Shown piece after piece: positions 56,710 through 64,000 of a stretch of DNA of 64,000 nucleotides (position 1 is the first letter of the stretch; every line of letters starts with the position of its first letter). The notes under the pieces were generated by a model. The model saw only the letters and a program-made list of their open reading frames with translations. It was not told where the DNA came from and did no database searches. This DNA comes from Acidobacteriota bacterium (lineage in GTDB: Bacteria > Acidobacteriota > Vicinamibacteria > Vicinamibacterales > JAFNAJ01), in the NCBI GenBank assembly GCA_023384575.1, contig JAHDVP010000005.1, positions 66,531 through 130,530 of the forward strand. Direction: 5' to 3'. A program made the position numbers and the translations under genes.

Positions 56710-57623
56710 GGCCGCCAGTTCCGCGACGACGTCGCGGCCGCGCGCCCACCGGGGCCGGCGCCCGTCTCGTCGTCCTGACCGGGTTGTCGGGGGCGGGGAA
56801 GAGCCAGGCCATCCGCGCCCTCGAAGACCTCGGCTACTTCTGCGTCGACAACCTGCCCATCACCCTGCTGCCGACGCTGGCGGAGCTCACCTTGCGGGCC
56901 GGATCGGACATCTCGCGCGCGGCCGTCGTGATCGACATCCGCGAGGGACCACTGCTCGACGAGTTCCCGGCGATCTTCCGCCGCCTGAAGCGGTCGAGGG
57001 AGCTGGCCCCGCAGCTCATCTTCCTCGATGCGAAGGACGGCGCGCTCGTCCGGCGGTTCAGCGAGACGCGGCGTCCGCACCCGCTCGGCACCGGGCGCTC
57101 GGTGGCCGAAGGCATCCGGGCCGAGCGCCGGCGGCTGGCACCGATTCGCCAGCTCGCCGATCAGATCATCGACACGACCGACATGACGGTCCACGAGCTG
57201 CGCCAGCGGTTCCTCGCGATGTCGCGCGGCACGGCCGGCGTCGACGGTCCGCTGGTCACCTTCATGAGCTTCGGGTTCAAGCACGGCCTGCCACTGGACG
57301 CCGACCTCGTCTTCGACGTCAGATTCCTGCCGAACCCGCACTTCGTGCCCGCCCTGCGACCGAAGACCGGGCGCGACCGCCCCGTGGTCCGCTTCCTCGA
57401 ACAGTTCGACGAGACGCGCGAGTTCCTCGAACGGGTGGGGGCGCTGCTCGACTTCCTGCTCCCGCGCTACGCTGCGGAGGGCAAGAGCTACGTGACGGTG
57501 GCGATAGGCTGCACCGGCGGCCGGCACCGGTCGGTCGCGCTGGCGGAGGCGCTCTGCCGGCGACTCGCCGGCGTCGAGGGCCTTCGGCTGCGCGTGCGGC
57601 ACCGCGACATCGCCGCCGAGTGA
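56706..57623 (+). CDS. rapZ: RNase adapter protein RapZ
   Basis: ATGA overlap with hprK. LVVLTGLSGAGKSQAIRALEDLGYFCVDNLP and CTGGRHRSV motifs. Confidence 0.93.
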   Translation: MRPPVPRRRRGRAPTGAGARLVVLTGLSGAGKSQAIRALEDLGYFCVDNLPITLLPTLAELTLRAGSDISRAAVVIDIREGPLLDEFPAIFRRLKRSRELAPQLIFLDAKDGALVRRFSETRRPHPLGTGRSVAEGIRAERRRLAPIRQLADQIIDTTDMTVHELRQRFLAMSRGTAGVDGPLVTFMSFGFKHGLPLDADLVFDVRFLPNPHFVPALRPKTGRDRPVVRFLEQFDETREFLERVGALLDFLLPRYAAEGKSYVTVAIGCTGGRHRSVALAEALCRRLAGVEGLRLRVRHRDIAAE

Positions 57624-57641
57624 CCTTCGGACTGGAGGCGC

Positions 57642-58079
57642 ATGAGCGAGACACACATGATCGGCGTCGTGGTCGTCACGCACGGCCAGTTCGCCACCGA
57701 ACTCGTCAACGCCGCCGAGGCCATCGTCGGCGACCTGCCGCGGTTCGCCGCGGTCTCGATCGGCTGGCACGACGACGTGGACATCGCACGCGAGGAGATC
57801 GGGCGGGCGCTCGCCCGCGTCCAGGGGCCTCACGGCGCGGTGCTGCTGACCGACATGTTCGGCGGCACGCCCTCCAACCTGGCCATGACGTTTCTCGAGC
57901 CCGACCGGGTCGAGGTCATCACCGGCGTCAACCTCCCGATGCTCATCAAGCTCGCGAGTCTCAGGACGTCGTCTGACCTGCTCGGCGTGGCGCGCGAGAT
58001 GCGCGAGCACGGGCGCAACGCCATCTGGGTGGCCTCCGACCTCATGCGGTCGACGGCCTCCTCCGGGGAGCAGGCGTGA
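57642..58079 (+). CDS. PTS EIIA component, mannose/fructose family
   Basis: 145 aa. MIGVVVVTHGQFA (phospho-His in THG), LLTDMFGGTPSN. Confidence 0.88.
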   Translation: MSETHMIGVVVVTHGQFATELVNAAEAIVGDLPRFAAVSIGWHDDVDIAREEIGRALARVQGPHGAVLLTDMFGGTPSNLAMTFLEPDRVEVITGVNLPMLIKLASLRTSSDLLGVAREMREHGRNAIWVASDLMRSTASSGEQA

Positions 58080-58375
58080 TGGTGGCGCGGACCATCGTCG
58101 TCCCGAACCCGCTCGGCATGCACGCGCGGGCCGCCGCGAGGTTCGCGCGCCTCGCCGCCGAGTTCTCGTCGCGCGTCCGGGTGGGGCGCGAGGGCCGCGT
58201 CATGGACGGAAAGAGCATCCTGGGGCTGCTGCTGCTCGCCGCCGCCCACGGCACGGCCATCACGATCACGGCGGAGGGAGACGACGAGTCCCTCGCCGTC
58301 GACGCGCTGGTGTCGCTCGTCGCTCGGGGGTTCGGCGAGGCCCACGACCACCACGAGGGAGATCATCGACCATGA
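58076..58375 (+). CDS. ptsH: HPr-family phosphocarrier protein
   Basis: GMHARAA (His15 region) and DGKSILGLL (Ser46 region) are both present. Start GTG 58076 or ATG 58079, overlapping the EIIA stop. Confidence 0.9.
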   Translation: MMVARTIVVPNPLGMHARAAARFARLAAEFSSRVRVGREGRVMDGKSILGLLLLAAAHGTAITITAEGDDESLAVDALVSLVARGFGEAHDHHEGDHRP

Positions 58376-58740
58376 CGAACGCTGAAGGGCCGGCTCGCGT
58401 CGAGAAGCCGTGGGGCTACGAACTGCACTGGGCCAAGACCGACCGCTACGTGGGCAAGCTGATTCACGTCAACGCGGGCCACGCGCTCAGCCTGCAGTAC
58501 CACGACCTCAAGGACGAGACGATCTTCCTCTGGTCGGGACGGCTGCTCTTCGAGATTCAGGAGGGCGACACGCTCGTCAAGCGCGAGATGGTGCCCGGGG
58601 AGGCGGTGCACATCACGCCGAAGACCGTGCACCGGATGACGGCACTCGAAGACTCCGACATCTTCGAGGTCTCGACGCCCGAGTTGCACGACGTCGTCAG
58701 GCTCGAAGACCGGTACGGGCGCGCCGAACCCGCAGGGTAG
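58372..58740 (+). CDS. cupin-domain protein resembling the type II phosphomannose isomerase C-terminal cupin
   Basis: 122 aa, in an ATGA overlap with the HPr gene. EKPWGYE...GHALSLQYHDLKDETIFLWSG...HITPKTVHRM is a cupin_2 / ManC C-terminus-like sequence. Confidence 0.75.
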   Translation: MTNAEGPARVEKPWGYELHWAKTDRYVGKLIHVNAGHALSLQYHDLKDETIFLWSGRLLFEIQEGDTLVKREMVPGEAVHITPKTVHRMTALEDSDIFEVSTPELHDVVRLEDRYGRAEPAG

Positions 58741-58780
58741 TCCGCCGCGCGGGCCGCGGCAGCAGACCAGACGTCACCGT

Positions 58781-58852
58781 GTCCGTCCGTAGCGCCGGGG
58801 CTTCAGCCCCGGCAGGGACCCGCGAGGGGCTCAAGCCCCTCGCGCCACGGAC
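58781..58852. repeat. composite GC-rich double hairpin enclosed by an outer stem (REP-like / bidirectional terminator candidate)
   Basis: CCGGGGC-TTCA-GCCCCGG (58795-58812) and CGCGAGGGGC-TCAA-GCCCCTCGCG (58821-58844) are both perfect. They are flanked by GTCCGT (58785-58790) / ACGGAC (58847-58852). Lies between the convergent cupin and ssb genes. No U-tract. Confidence 0.55.
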
Positions 58853-58870
58853 AAAGAGACGGCCAGACCC

Positions 58871-59305
58871 TCAGAACGGGATGTCGTCGTCGGCGGGGCC
58901 GAAGCTCACGTCGTCGGCCGGAGCGCTGTCGCCGTAGTCGTCGCTGCGCCCGGCCCCCCGTCCGCTCCCGCCCGGACTCCCGAGCAGCTGGATGCGGTCC
59001 GCGACGATCTCCGTCATGTACTTCTTCTGGCCATCCTTGTCGTCCCACGAGCGGGTCTCGATGCGGCCCTCGACGAAGATCTGTTTGCCCTTCTTCAGGT
59101 AGTCGTTCAGCGATTCGGCCTGCTTGCCGAGGATCACGATGCGATGCCACTCGGTGCGGTCGACCCACTCGCCCGATCGGCTGTCCTTGCGGCGGTCCGT
59201 CGTCGCCAGGCTGAACCGCGACACCGGGAATCCGCCGGCGGAGTACTTCAGCTCCGCGTCGCGCCCCAGGTTGCCCACCAGGATTGCCTTGTTCACGCTG
59301 CCCAT
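58871..59305 (-). CDS. ssb: single-stranded DNA-binding protein
   Basis: 144 aa. MGSVNKAILVGNLGRDAELKY OB-fold, Gly-rich tail, and acidic tip DDDIPF. Confidence 0.96.
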   Translation of the reverse strand: MGSVNKAILVGNLGRDAELKYSAGGFPVSRFSLATTDRRKDSRSGEWVDRTEWHRIVILGKQAESLNDYLKKGKQIFVEGRIETRSWDDKDGQKKYMTEIVADRIQLLGSPGGSGRGAGRSDDYGDSAPADDVSFGPADDDIPF

Positions 59306-59332
59306 GTGTGTCCTCGTTCGCTGCGGACGGGT

Positions 59333-60184
59333 TCAGCGCCCGGGCCGCCGGAGTTGGTCGAGTCGCTGCTTGGCCAGCCGGCTCGCATCGGAATCGGGAT
59401 ACTTCTGAATCGTCGTCTCCCACGACTCGCGCGCCCGCTCCACCTGCCCGAGCCGCGCGAGCAGCAGCCCCCGCTTGTAATACGCAAACGGCGCCTGCTC
59501 GCCCGTGGGGTAGTTCGCGATCACCTGATCGTAGGCGGTAATGGCCTGCTCCGGCTTACCGTCGAGGTCGTACGACTCCGCGATGTAGAACTGCGCCCGC
59601 TCGGCCAGGTCGGAGCGGGGGAACGACCGGATGTAGGCCTCGAACCCCTGGATGGCCAGACCCCACTGGCCCGACGCGAAGTCGGCGTACGCCGTGTCGT
59701 ACAGCCGCTGCGGTGCCATGCCGGCCACCGGCGACGGCAGCGGCGCCGGGGGTGGGGTCGCCGTCGGATCGGCGCCCTCCACCGGCGCCGTCTCCGGCGC
59801 GCCGCCGGCGGGCATCATCGGAATCGAGAGCCGGACGGCCTCGATCTCCTGCCGCAGCGATGCGATCCGCACGTTGCTGTCGTCGATCTTCTCGCGCACC
59901 ACGCGCAGCTCGCCAGTGAGGGTGTCGACGAGCAGGCGCTGGTCGGCGAACGCCTTCTGCGTCTGGGCCGACTGATCGTCGATGCGCGCCGTGATGGCCC
60001 TGAGCGCGTCGGAGAGCGCGAGGAGCGTGACCTGCAACTGCTGGTTCTGCTCCTGCAGCATCCGGATGTCGGCCATCATCTGCTGATGTTCACGGTTGGC
60101 CGCGCCGGCCGGCGCGGCCACGCCCGAAACGAGCGCGCACACCACCGCCGCCACGACGACGGGACCTGGAACGAGTGGACGCAT
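59333..60184 (-). CDS. ybgF: Tol-Pal system protein YbgF/CpoB
   Basis: 283 aa from ATG 60184. Signal peptide, N-terminal coiled coil (MLQEQNQQLQVTLLALSD), C-terminal TPR (YDTAYADFASGQWGLAIQGFEAYIRSFP). Position downstream of pal. Confidence 0.85.
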   Translation of the reverse strand: MRPLVPGPVVVAAVVCALVSGVAAPAGAANREHQQMMADIRMLQEQNQQLQVTLLALSDALRAITARIDDQSAQTQKAFADQRLLVDTLTGELRVVREKIDDSNVRIASLRQEIEAVRLSIPMMPAGGAPETAPVEGADPTATPPPAPLPSPVAGMAPQRLYDTAYADFASGQWGLAIQGFEAYIRSFPRSDLAERAQFYIAESYDLDGKPEQAITAYDQVIANYPTGEQAPFAYYKRGLLLARLGQVERARESWETTIQKYPDSDASRLAKQRLDQLRRPGR

Positions 60185-60228
60185 GGTTCCTCTGGCTCCC
60201 GGCGGGCCCGTGGGGCCCGCCCCGACGC

Positions 60229-60819
60229 TCACTTGGCGGTGATGACGAAGTGGGCCCGACGGTTCTTCGCGTAGGCCTCCTCCGTCTTCCCCGGATCGAA
60301 CGGGAACTCCTTGCCGTAACTGACGGTCCGCAGGCGAGTCGCCGGCACACCCAGCGACAGGAGGTAGTCGCGGGCGGCGAGCGCCCGCTTCTCGCCGAGG
60401 CTCAGGTTGTACTCGGCGGTGCCCCGCTCGTCGCAGTGCCCCTCGATCGTCACCACCCACGAAGGATACCGCTTGAGGATCTCCGCGTTGGCCTGGAGCA
60501 CGACCTGACCGGCCGGTTCGACGTCGTAGCTGTCGAAGCCGAAGAAGACCGGCTCGAACGGCGACTGCCGGTTCAGCTCGTCGAGCGACCGGCCCGCCAG
60601 GTCGGATTCCTCGATCATCGGTTCGGGCGGGATGATCGGCGGCGGCTCGGGCACGGGCTCGGGCGGCGTCGGCGGCCGATCGACTCCCGTCGTTCCGGGC
60701 GGTGGCGGCGTCGGTCGCGCCACGGGGGGCTGCTTCTTGGCGCAACCCGTCACCAGCATCACCAGGGCCAGCGTGACGGCCATCGGCACGAAGGCCGCCT
60801 TGCGTGTGTTCACGTGCAC
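60229..60819 (-). CDS. pal: peptidoglycan-associated lipoprotein Pal (OmpA-family C-terminal domain)
   Basis: 196 aa from GTG 60819, with an SD GAGGAG. Lipobox LVTGC, Pro-rich linker, and OmpA_C motif VTIEGHCDERGTAEYNLSLGEKRA. Confidence 0.92.
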   Translation of the reverse strand: MHVNTRKAAFVPMAVTLALVMLVTGCAKKQPPVARPTPPPPGTTGVDRPPTPPEPVPEPPPIIPPEPMIEESDLAGRSLDELNRQSPFEPVFFGFDSYDVEPAGQVVLQANAEILKRYPSWVVTIEGHCDERGTAEYNLSLGEKRALAARDYLLSLGVPATRLRTVSYGKEFPFDPGKTEEAYAKNRRAHFVITAK

Positions 60820-60881
60820 GGTTATCTCCTCGGTTGGCACCCGTCTCGCGCGACCGCTCACTTCGGCCGCCGGGTCCGCGA

Positions 60882-62261
60882 CTACTGCGACCAGTTCGGC
60901 GTGTAGTTGTTTCCCTGCGTCGTCACCTGGCGGAGCCCACGGCCGTCGCGCCCGATCGTGAACACCTGCACCCGCCCGCGCCGCGTCGACGTGAACGCCA
61001 GATGGCGCCCGTTGGGCGAGTAGGCCGGGCTCTCGTTGCTCCCCTCGCCGAACGTGATCCGCCGGCGCTCGCGCGACGCGACGTCGTATATCTCGATATC
61101 GTACCCCGGCCCCGTCCGCAACGCGTAGGCAATCTCGTTGAAGGGCGCCGGGGCCCAGGTTGGCCGATCGGCGTAGCCTCCTTCGCTGACGCGCCGCGGG
61201 CTGCCCACGCCGTCGGCCGACACGACGTAGATCTGCGGCGCACCGGTCCGATCCGACGTGAAGGCCACCTCGTTGCCGGCTGGCGACCAGGTGGGCGTCG
61301 AGTCGATGGCCGGATGGTTCGTCAGGCGGCGCAGACCGCTCCCGTCCCGGTTCATCACGTAGATCTCCGAGTTGCCGTCGCGGTTGGTCGTGAACGCGAT
61401 GCGCGACCCGTCCGGCGACCACGCCGAGAGCCAGTTGTGCACGCGATCGGTGCCGCCAGCGGGCGTTTCGAGCGTGCCCTGGAAGATGTTGGAGATGTAG
61501 ATGTCGGGATACCCGCGCCGGTACGACGTGTAGGCAATCGACCGGCCGTCCGCCGACCACACCGGGAAGATGTTCAGGGCACGGTTCACCGTGACGCGCC
61601 GCTGGTTGGCCCCATCGTAGTCGGCGATGTAGATCTCCTTGATGTCCCGGTTCGCGATCGGCCCCTGCAGGCGCAGGCCGTCGCGATCGGAGGAGAACGT
61701 CAGCTTCGTCCGCGCCACGCCGCGCAGCCCGCGCTGCTGCAGGTGCACCTCGTCGGCGATCGTGTGCGCGAAGAGCCGCGGGTTCGCCGCCGAGCCCGTG
61801 TACTCCTTCGCGAAGACCGAGGCGCGGCTGCGGACGTTGTACAGCCGGACCTGCACCTGGATGCCCGTGTCGGTCCGCTGCACGGTACCGACGACGACGC
61901 CGTCGGCGCCGAGCTCCCGCCACCGATCGAAGGGCACGTCGGCGATGCCGCGCGCGGCCGGGATCGACCGGTACGTGTCGCGCGGAATCAGGTAAAACTC
62001 CCGCTCGAACGCCAGGTCGTCCCACAGCACCTGCCCGATCGTCTGCGCCACCGATACCGTCTCGGCATCGTTCGAGAGCGCCACGAAGTCGGGGACCGCG
62101 AAGCGGGGCGGCGAGCCCGGCTCACCGCTGATCGTCAGTTCGACGACGCTCGGCTGCTGCACCTGTGGCGGAGTCTGGGCCGCACCCCCTGCGGCGAGGA
62201 CGACGACGGCACCCGCCAGCATCGAGGTGGCGAGCGTGACCAGGGACAGAGTGCGAGTCAT
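60882..62261 (-). CDS. tolB: Tol-Pal system beta-propeller protein TolB
   Basis: 459 aa from ATG 62261. TolB N-domain (RFAVPDF...LWDDLAFE), then repeated P.WSPDG..iaF.s.R.G...iY blades. Confidence 0.93.
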   Translation of the reverse strand: MTRTLSLVTLATSMLAGAVVVLAAGGAAQTPPQVQQPSVVELTISGEPGSPPRFAVPDFVALSNDAETVSVAQTIGQVLWDDLAFEREFYLIPRDTYRSIPAARGIADVPFDRWRELGADGVVVGTVQRTDTGIQVQVRLYNVRSRASVFAKEYTGSAANPRLFAHTIADEVHLQQRGLRGVARTKLTFSSDRDGLRLQGPIANRDIKEIYIADYDGANQRRVTVNRALNIFPVWSADGRSIAYTSYRRGYPDIYISNIFQGTLETPAGGTDRVHNWLSAWSPDGSRIAFTTNRDGNSEIYVMNRDGSGLRRLTNHPAIDSTPTWSPAGNEVAFTSDRTGAPQIYVVSADGVGSPRRVSEGGYADRPTWAPAPFNEIAYALRTGPGYDIEIYDVASRERRRITFGEGSNESPAYSPNGRHLAFTSTRRGRVQVFTIGRDGRGLRQVTTQGNNYTPNWSQ

Positions 62262-63088
62262 CAGCGCTGGTACTCGAAATTGAGGTTGATGGTGAGCTGC
62301 GGATTCGGGTACTCGGCGGGCAGCGGCGGCAGCCTCGTCGTCAACAGCGCCCGCTGGGCCGTCAGATCGAGCACCGCGAACCCGCTCGACCGGGCCACCT
62401 GCACGTCGGTGATCGACCCGTCGCGCTGCACGGTGAAGCGCACGGTCGCCGTGCCGACGACCTGCTGCTTCGAGTTCCAGTTCCGCTGGATCAGCTGGAG
62501 CATCGTGTTCAGCCACTCCGGGCAGCAGAAATCACCAAGGTTGATCTCGCCCCCTGTGCCGCCTCCGCCCGTCGAGAGGCCGAAGCCGATGCCGACGCCC
62601 CCCGTCTGGGCGATGGCACTGCCGGCCCGCACCTCGGGCCCCTGCGTCGGCGTGCGGCCGCGCGACTCCTGGGGGGCGGTCCGCGTCGGCTCGGGCTGCC
62701 GCGGCGTCGGCCGTGGCGGACGCATCTCGCGCGTGGGCACCACCATCTCCGGCTCACGCGCCGCCGGCGGGCGCACGGGCTCCGGGCGTGCCGGCTCCTC
62801 GGTTCGCGCCTGCTGCACCGGTCGTCCGCCCATGGGTGTCATGCCCCCCGACCGCGGGCCGGGCGCGCCGCCGAGACTGATGACCATCGCGACGGTCTCT
62901 TCGGGCACGGCGGCCGTCCGCCAGCTCGCGGGCGTCAGCACCAGGCCGACGAGGCCCACGAGGTGGACCACGAGCGACACGGCCACCATCTTGGGGAAGC
63001 CCTCCGGCTCCCGCCCGCGCGCGACGAGCGCGTGGGCGACCACGTCGCCGCCCGGCCGTCCGGTGATCGCTGTCGACATCGTCGCCAT
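62261..63088 (-). CDS. TolA-like energy transducer with TonB-type C-terminal domain
   Basis: 275 aa from ATG 63088. One TM (MVAVSLVVHLVGLVGLVL), Pro-rich spacer, and C-terminus GTATVRFTVQRDGSITDVQVARSSG...LPPLPAEY. Its stop overlaps the tolB start (TGATG). Confidence 0.8.
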   Translation of the reverse strand: MATMSTAITGRPGGDVVAHALVARGREPEGFPKMVAVSLVVHLVGLVGLVLTPASWRTAAVPEETVAMVISLGGAPGPRSGGMTPMGGRPVQQARTEEPARPEPVRPPAAREPEMVVPTREMRPPRPTPRQPEPTRTAPQESRGRTPTQGPEVRAGSAIAQTGGVGIGFGLSTGGGGTGGEINLGDFCCPEWLNTMLQLIQRNWNSKQQVVGTATVRFTVQRDGSITDVQVARSSGFAVLDLTAQRALLTTRLPPLPAEYPNPQLTINLNFEYQR

Positions 63089-63095
63089 CCGGACT

Positions 63096-63569
63096 TCAGC
63101 GCTCCCCTGGCAGCTTCGAGACGATGCCAACCCGCTCGACGCCGCCCTGCTTGAGCCGATCCATGACCTCGAGCAACTGCTGCAGCGTGACCCCCCCGTC
63201 GCCGCGAAGGTAGACCTCCTTCTGTTCCCGCGTCAGCATCGCCTGGCGCATCCGCTCCTCGAGCACGTCGACCCGGACCCGCTCGTCGTCGATCTGGACG
63301 ATGCGGTCGGCGCCGTAGCTCAATGGCACCGTCACGAAGATCCGGTCGTTCGCCAGCGTCGGGGCCCGCTGCGCGACCGGCAGGTTCACGTCGATGCCAC
63401 GCTGCATCATCGGGGCCGCCACCATGAAGATGATGAGCAGCACCAGCATCACGTCGACGAGCGGCACGACGTTGATCTCGGCGAGCGACGACGAGAGCCG
63501 CGACGAACGCCCCCGCCGGCCGCGCCCGGCCACCGCGTGCCCCTGCCCGTTTGCCTGGACGTTCGGCAT
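63096..63569 (-). CDS. tolR: biopolymer transport protein TolR/ExbD
   Basis: 157 aa. INVVPLVDVMLVLLIIFMV TM followed by an ExbD-type periplasmic domain. Sits between tolQ and the tolA-like gene. Confidence 0.9.
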   Translation of the reverse strand: MPNVQANGQGHAVAGRGRRGRSSRLSSSLAEINVVPLVDVMLVLLIIFMVAAPMMQRGIDVNLPVAQRAPTLANDRIFVTVPLSYGADRIVQIDDERVRVDVLEERMRQAMLTREQKEVYLRGDGGVTLQQLLEVMDRLKQGGVERVGIVSKLPGER

Positions 63570-63585
63570 GGTCGATTCGCGCGCC

Positions 63586-64000
63586 TCAGAGGAAGTTGCG
63601 CTCGCAGATGTTGAGGAACTCGAGCGCGAAATCGTCCATCTCGGAGGCGAACAGCTTCACCTCGGCCGTCATGTGATTGTAGAAGTACACGGCCGGAATC
63701 GCTGCAAAGAGGCCCGCGGCCGTCGCGATGAGCGCCTCGGCAATGCCCGGCGCGACCACCGCGAGGTTCGTCGACCCCGTCGCCCCGATGGCCTGGAACG
63801 CCGTCATGATGCCCCAGACCGTGCCGAACAGCCCGATGTAGGGCGTGATGCTCGCCGTCGTCGCAAGGAAGCCGACCCGCCGTTCCAGCTTGTTCAATTC
63901 CACCGCCCCCGCCCGAAGCAGCGCCCGGTCGACACCCTCGAGGCTCTTCAAAGTAGGACGCGCCGCGGCGGCCCCCGGACGGTTCTCGGTCCCGGCCGCG
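63586..64000 (-). CDS. tolQ: MotA/TolQ/ExbB proton channel protein, C-terminal part (5-prime end outside window)
   Basis: FLATTASITPYIGLFGTVWGIMTAF and IAEALIATAAGLFAAIPAVYFYN are canonical TolQ/ExbB motifs. The frame stays open to the window edge beyond the TTG at 63951. Confidence 0.9.
   Translation of the reverse strand, partial: AAGTENRPGAAAARPTLKSLEGVDRALLRAGAVELNKLERRVGFLATTASITPYIGLFGTVWGIMTAFQAIGATGSTNLAVVAPGIAEALIATAAGLFAAIPAVYFYNHMTAEVKLFASEMDDFALEFLNICERNFL

Noticed and set aside
60835-60849. Sigma-54-like promoter TGGCAC-N5-TCGC on the plus strand between tolB and pal.
   Set aside because: It points away from any plus-strand gene, since all neighbours are on the minus strand, and it deviates from the TTGC consensus. 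It is probably a chance match in GC-rich DNA.
60804-63614. 936-aa plus-strand ORF crossing tolB, the tolA-like gene and tolR.
   Set aside because: It lies antisense to three confidently identified Tol genes. One continuous frame across separate opposite-strand genes is a GC-composition artefact.
1-64000. Search for tRNA, rRNA, CRISPR arrays, transposases, integrases, toxin-antitoxin or restriction-modification genes.
   Set aside because: No T-loop (GGTTCGAATCC-like) or rRNA signatures were seen, and no spaced direct-repeat arrays. No ORF resembles the DDE, tyrosine or serine recombinase families, or known defence families. The window reads as core chromosome.

Overview
This is a very GC-rich chromosomal segment (roughly 70% GC by eye) from a diderm bacterium. 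The diderm call rests on Tol-Pal, Lpt, a BamB-like propeller and lipobox lipoproteins. The phylum is unknown; Acidobacteriota-like or another high-GC Gram-negative lineage is only a guess.

I can support about 57 tightly packed CDSs. Many are joined by 1-4 nt start/stop overlaps (ATGA, GTGA, TGATG), which suggests translational coupling. I recognised no rRNA, tRNA, CRISPR array, transposase, integrase, phage gene or classical defence gene.

Most of the content is housekeeping:
- speA
- a three-subunit xanthine-dehydrogenase-family molybdoenzyme
- mutS, tsaB-rimI, psd-pssA, guaA-dnaE-accA-recJ
- an lpt-rpoN-hpf-hprK-rapZ-EIIA-HPr cluster
- ssb
- a complete ybgF-pal-tolB-tolA-tolR-tolQ cluster, cut at the right edge

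The ORF track treats GTG and TTG as starts and reports the longest frame. Many true starts are therefore internal, and I re-derived them from the sequence. Numerous 500-1500 aa ORFs are antisense or off-frame shadows of real genes, as expected at this GC content.

I did not find a convincing new defence or mobile system. The observations most worth a second look are:
- an orphan FlhB-C-terminal-domain / FliK-like pair in a co-directional cluster, with no other flagellar or T3SS genes in the window
- a 714-aa membrane-anchored multi-repeat LptC/LptA-like protein in place of separate lptC and lptA
- an HprK-containing regulatory PTS module translationally coupled to a cupin
- a large PDZ / polytopic / GAF / PP2C sensor phosphatase
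- a 1355-aa orphan NtrY-type kinase
- a ~186-bp long imperfect palindrome (MITE-like or structured RNA)
- a dispersed GC-rich hairpin repeat at two convergent gene junctions
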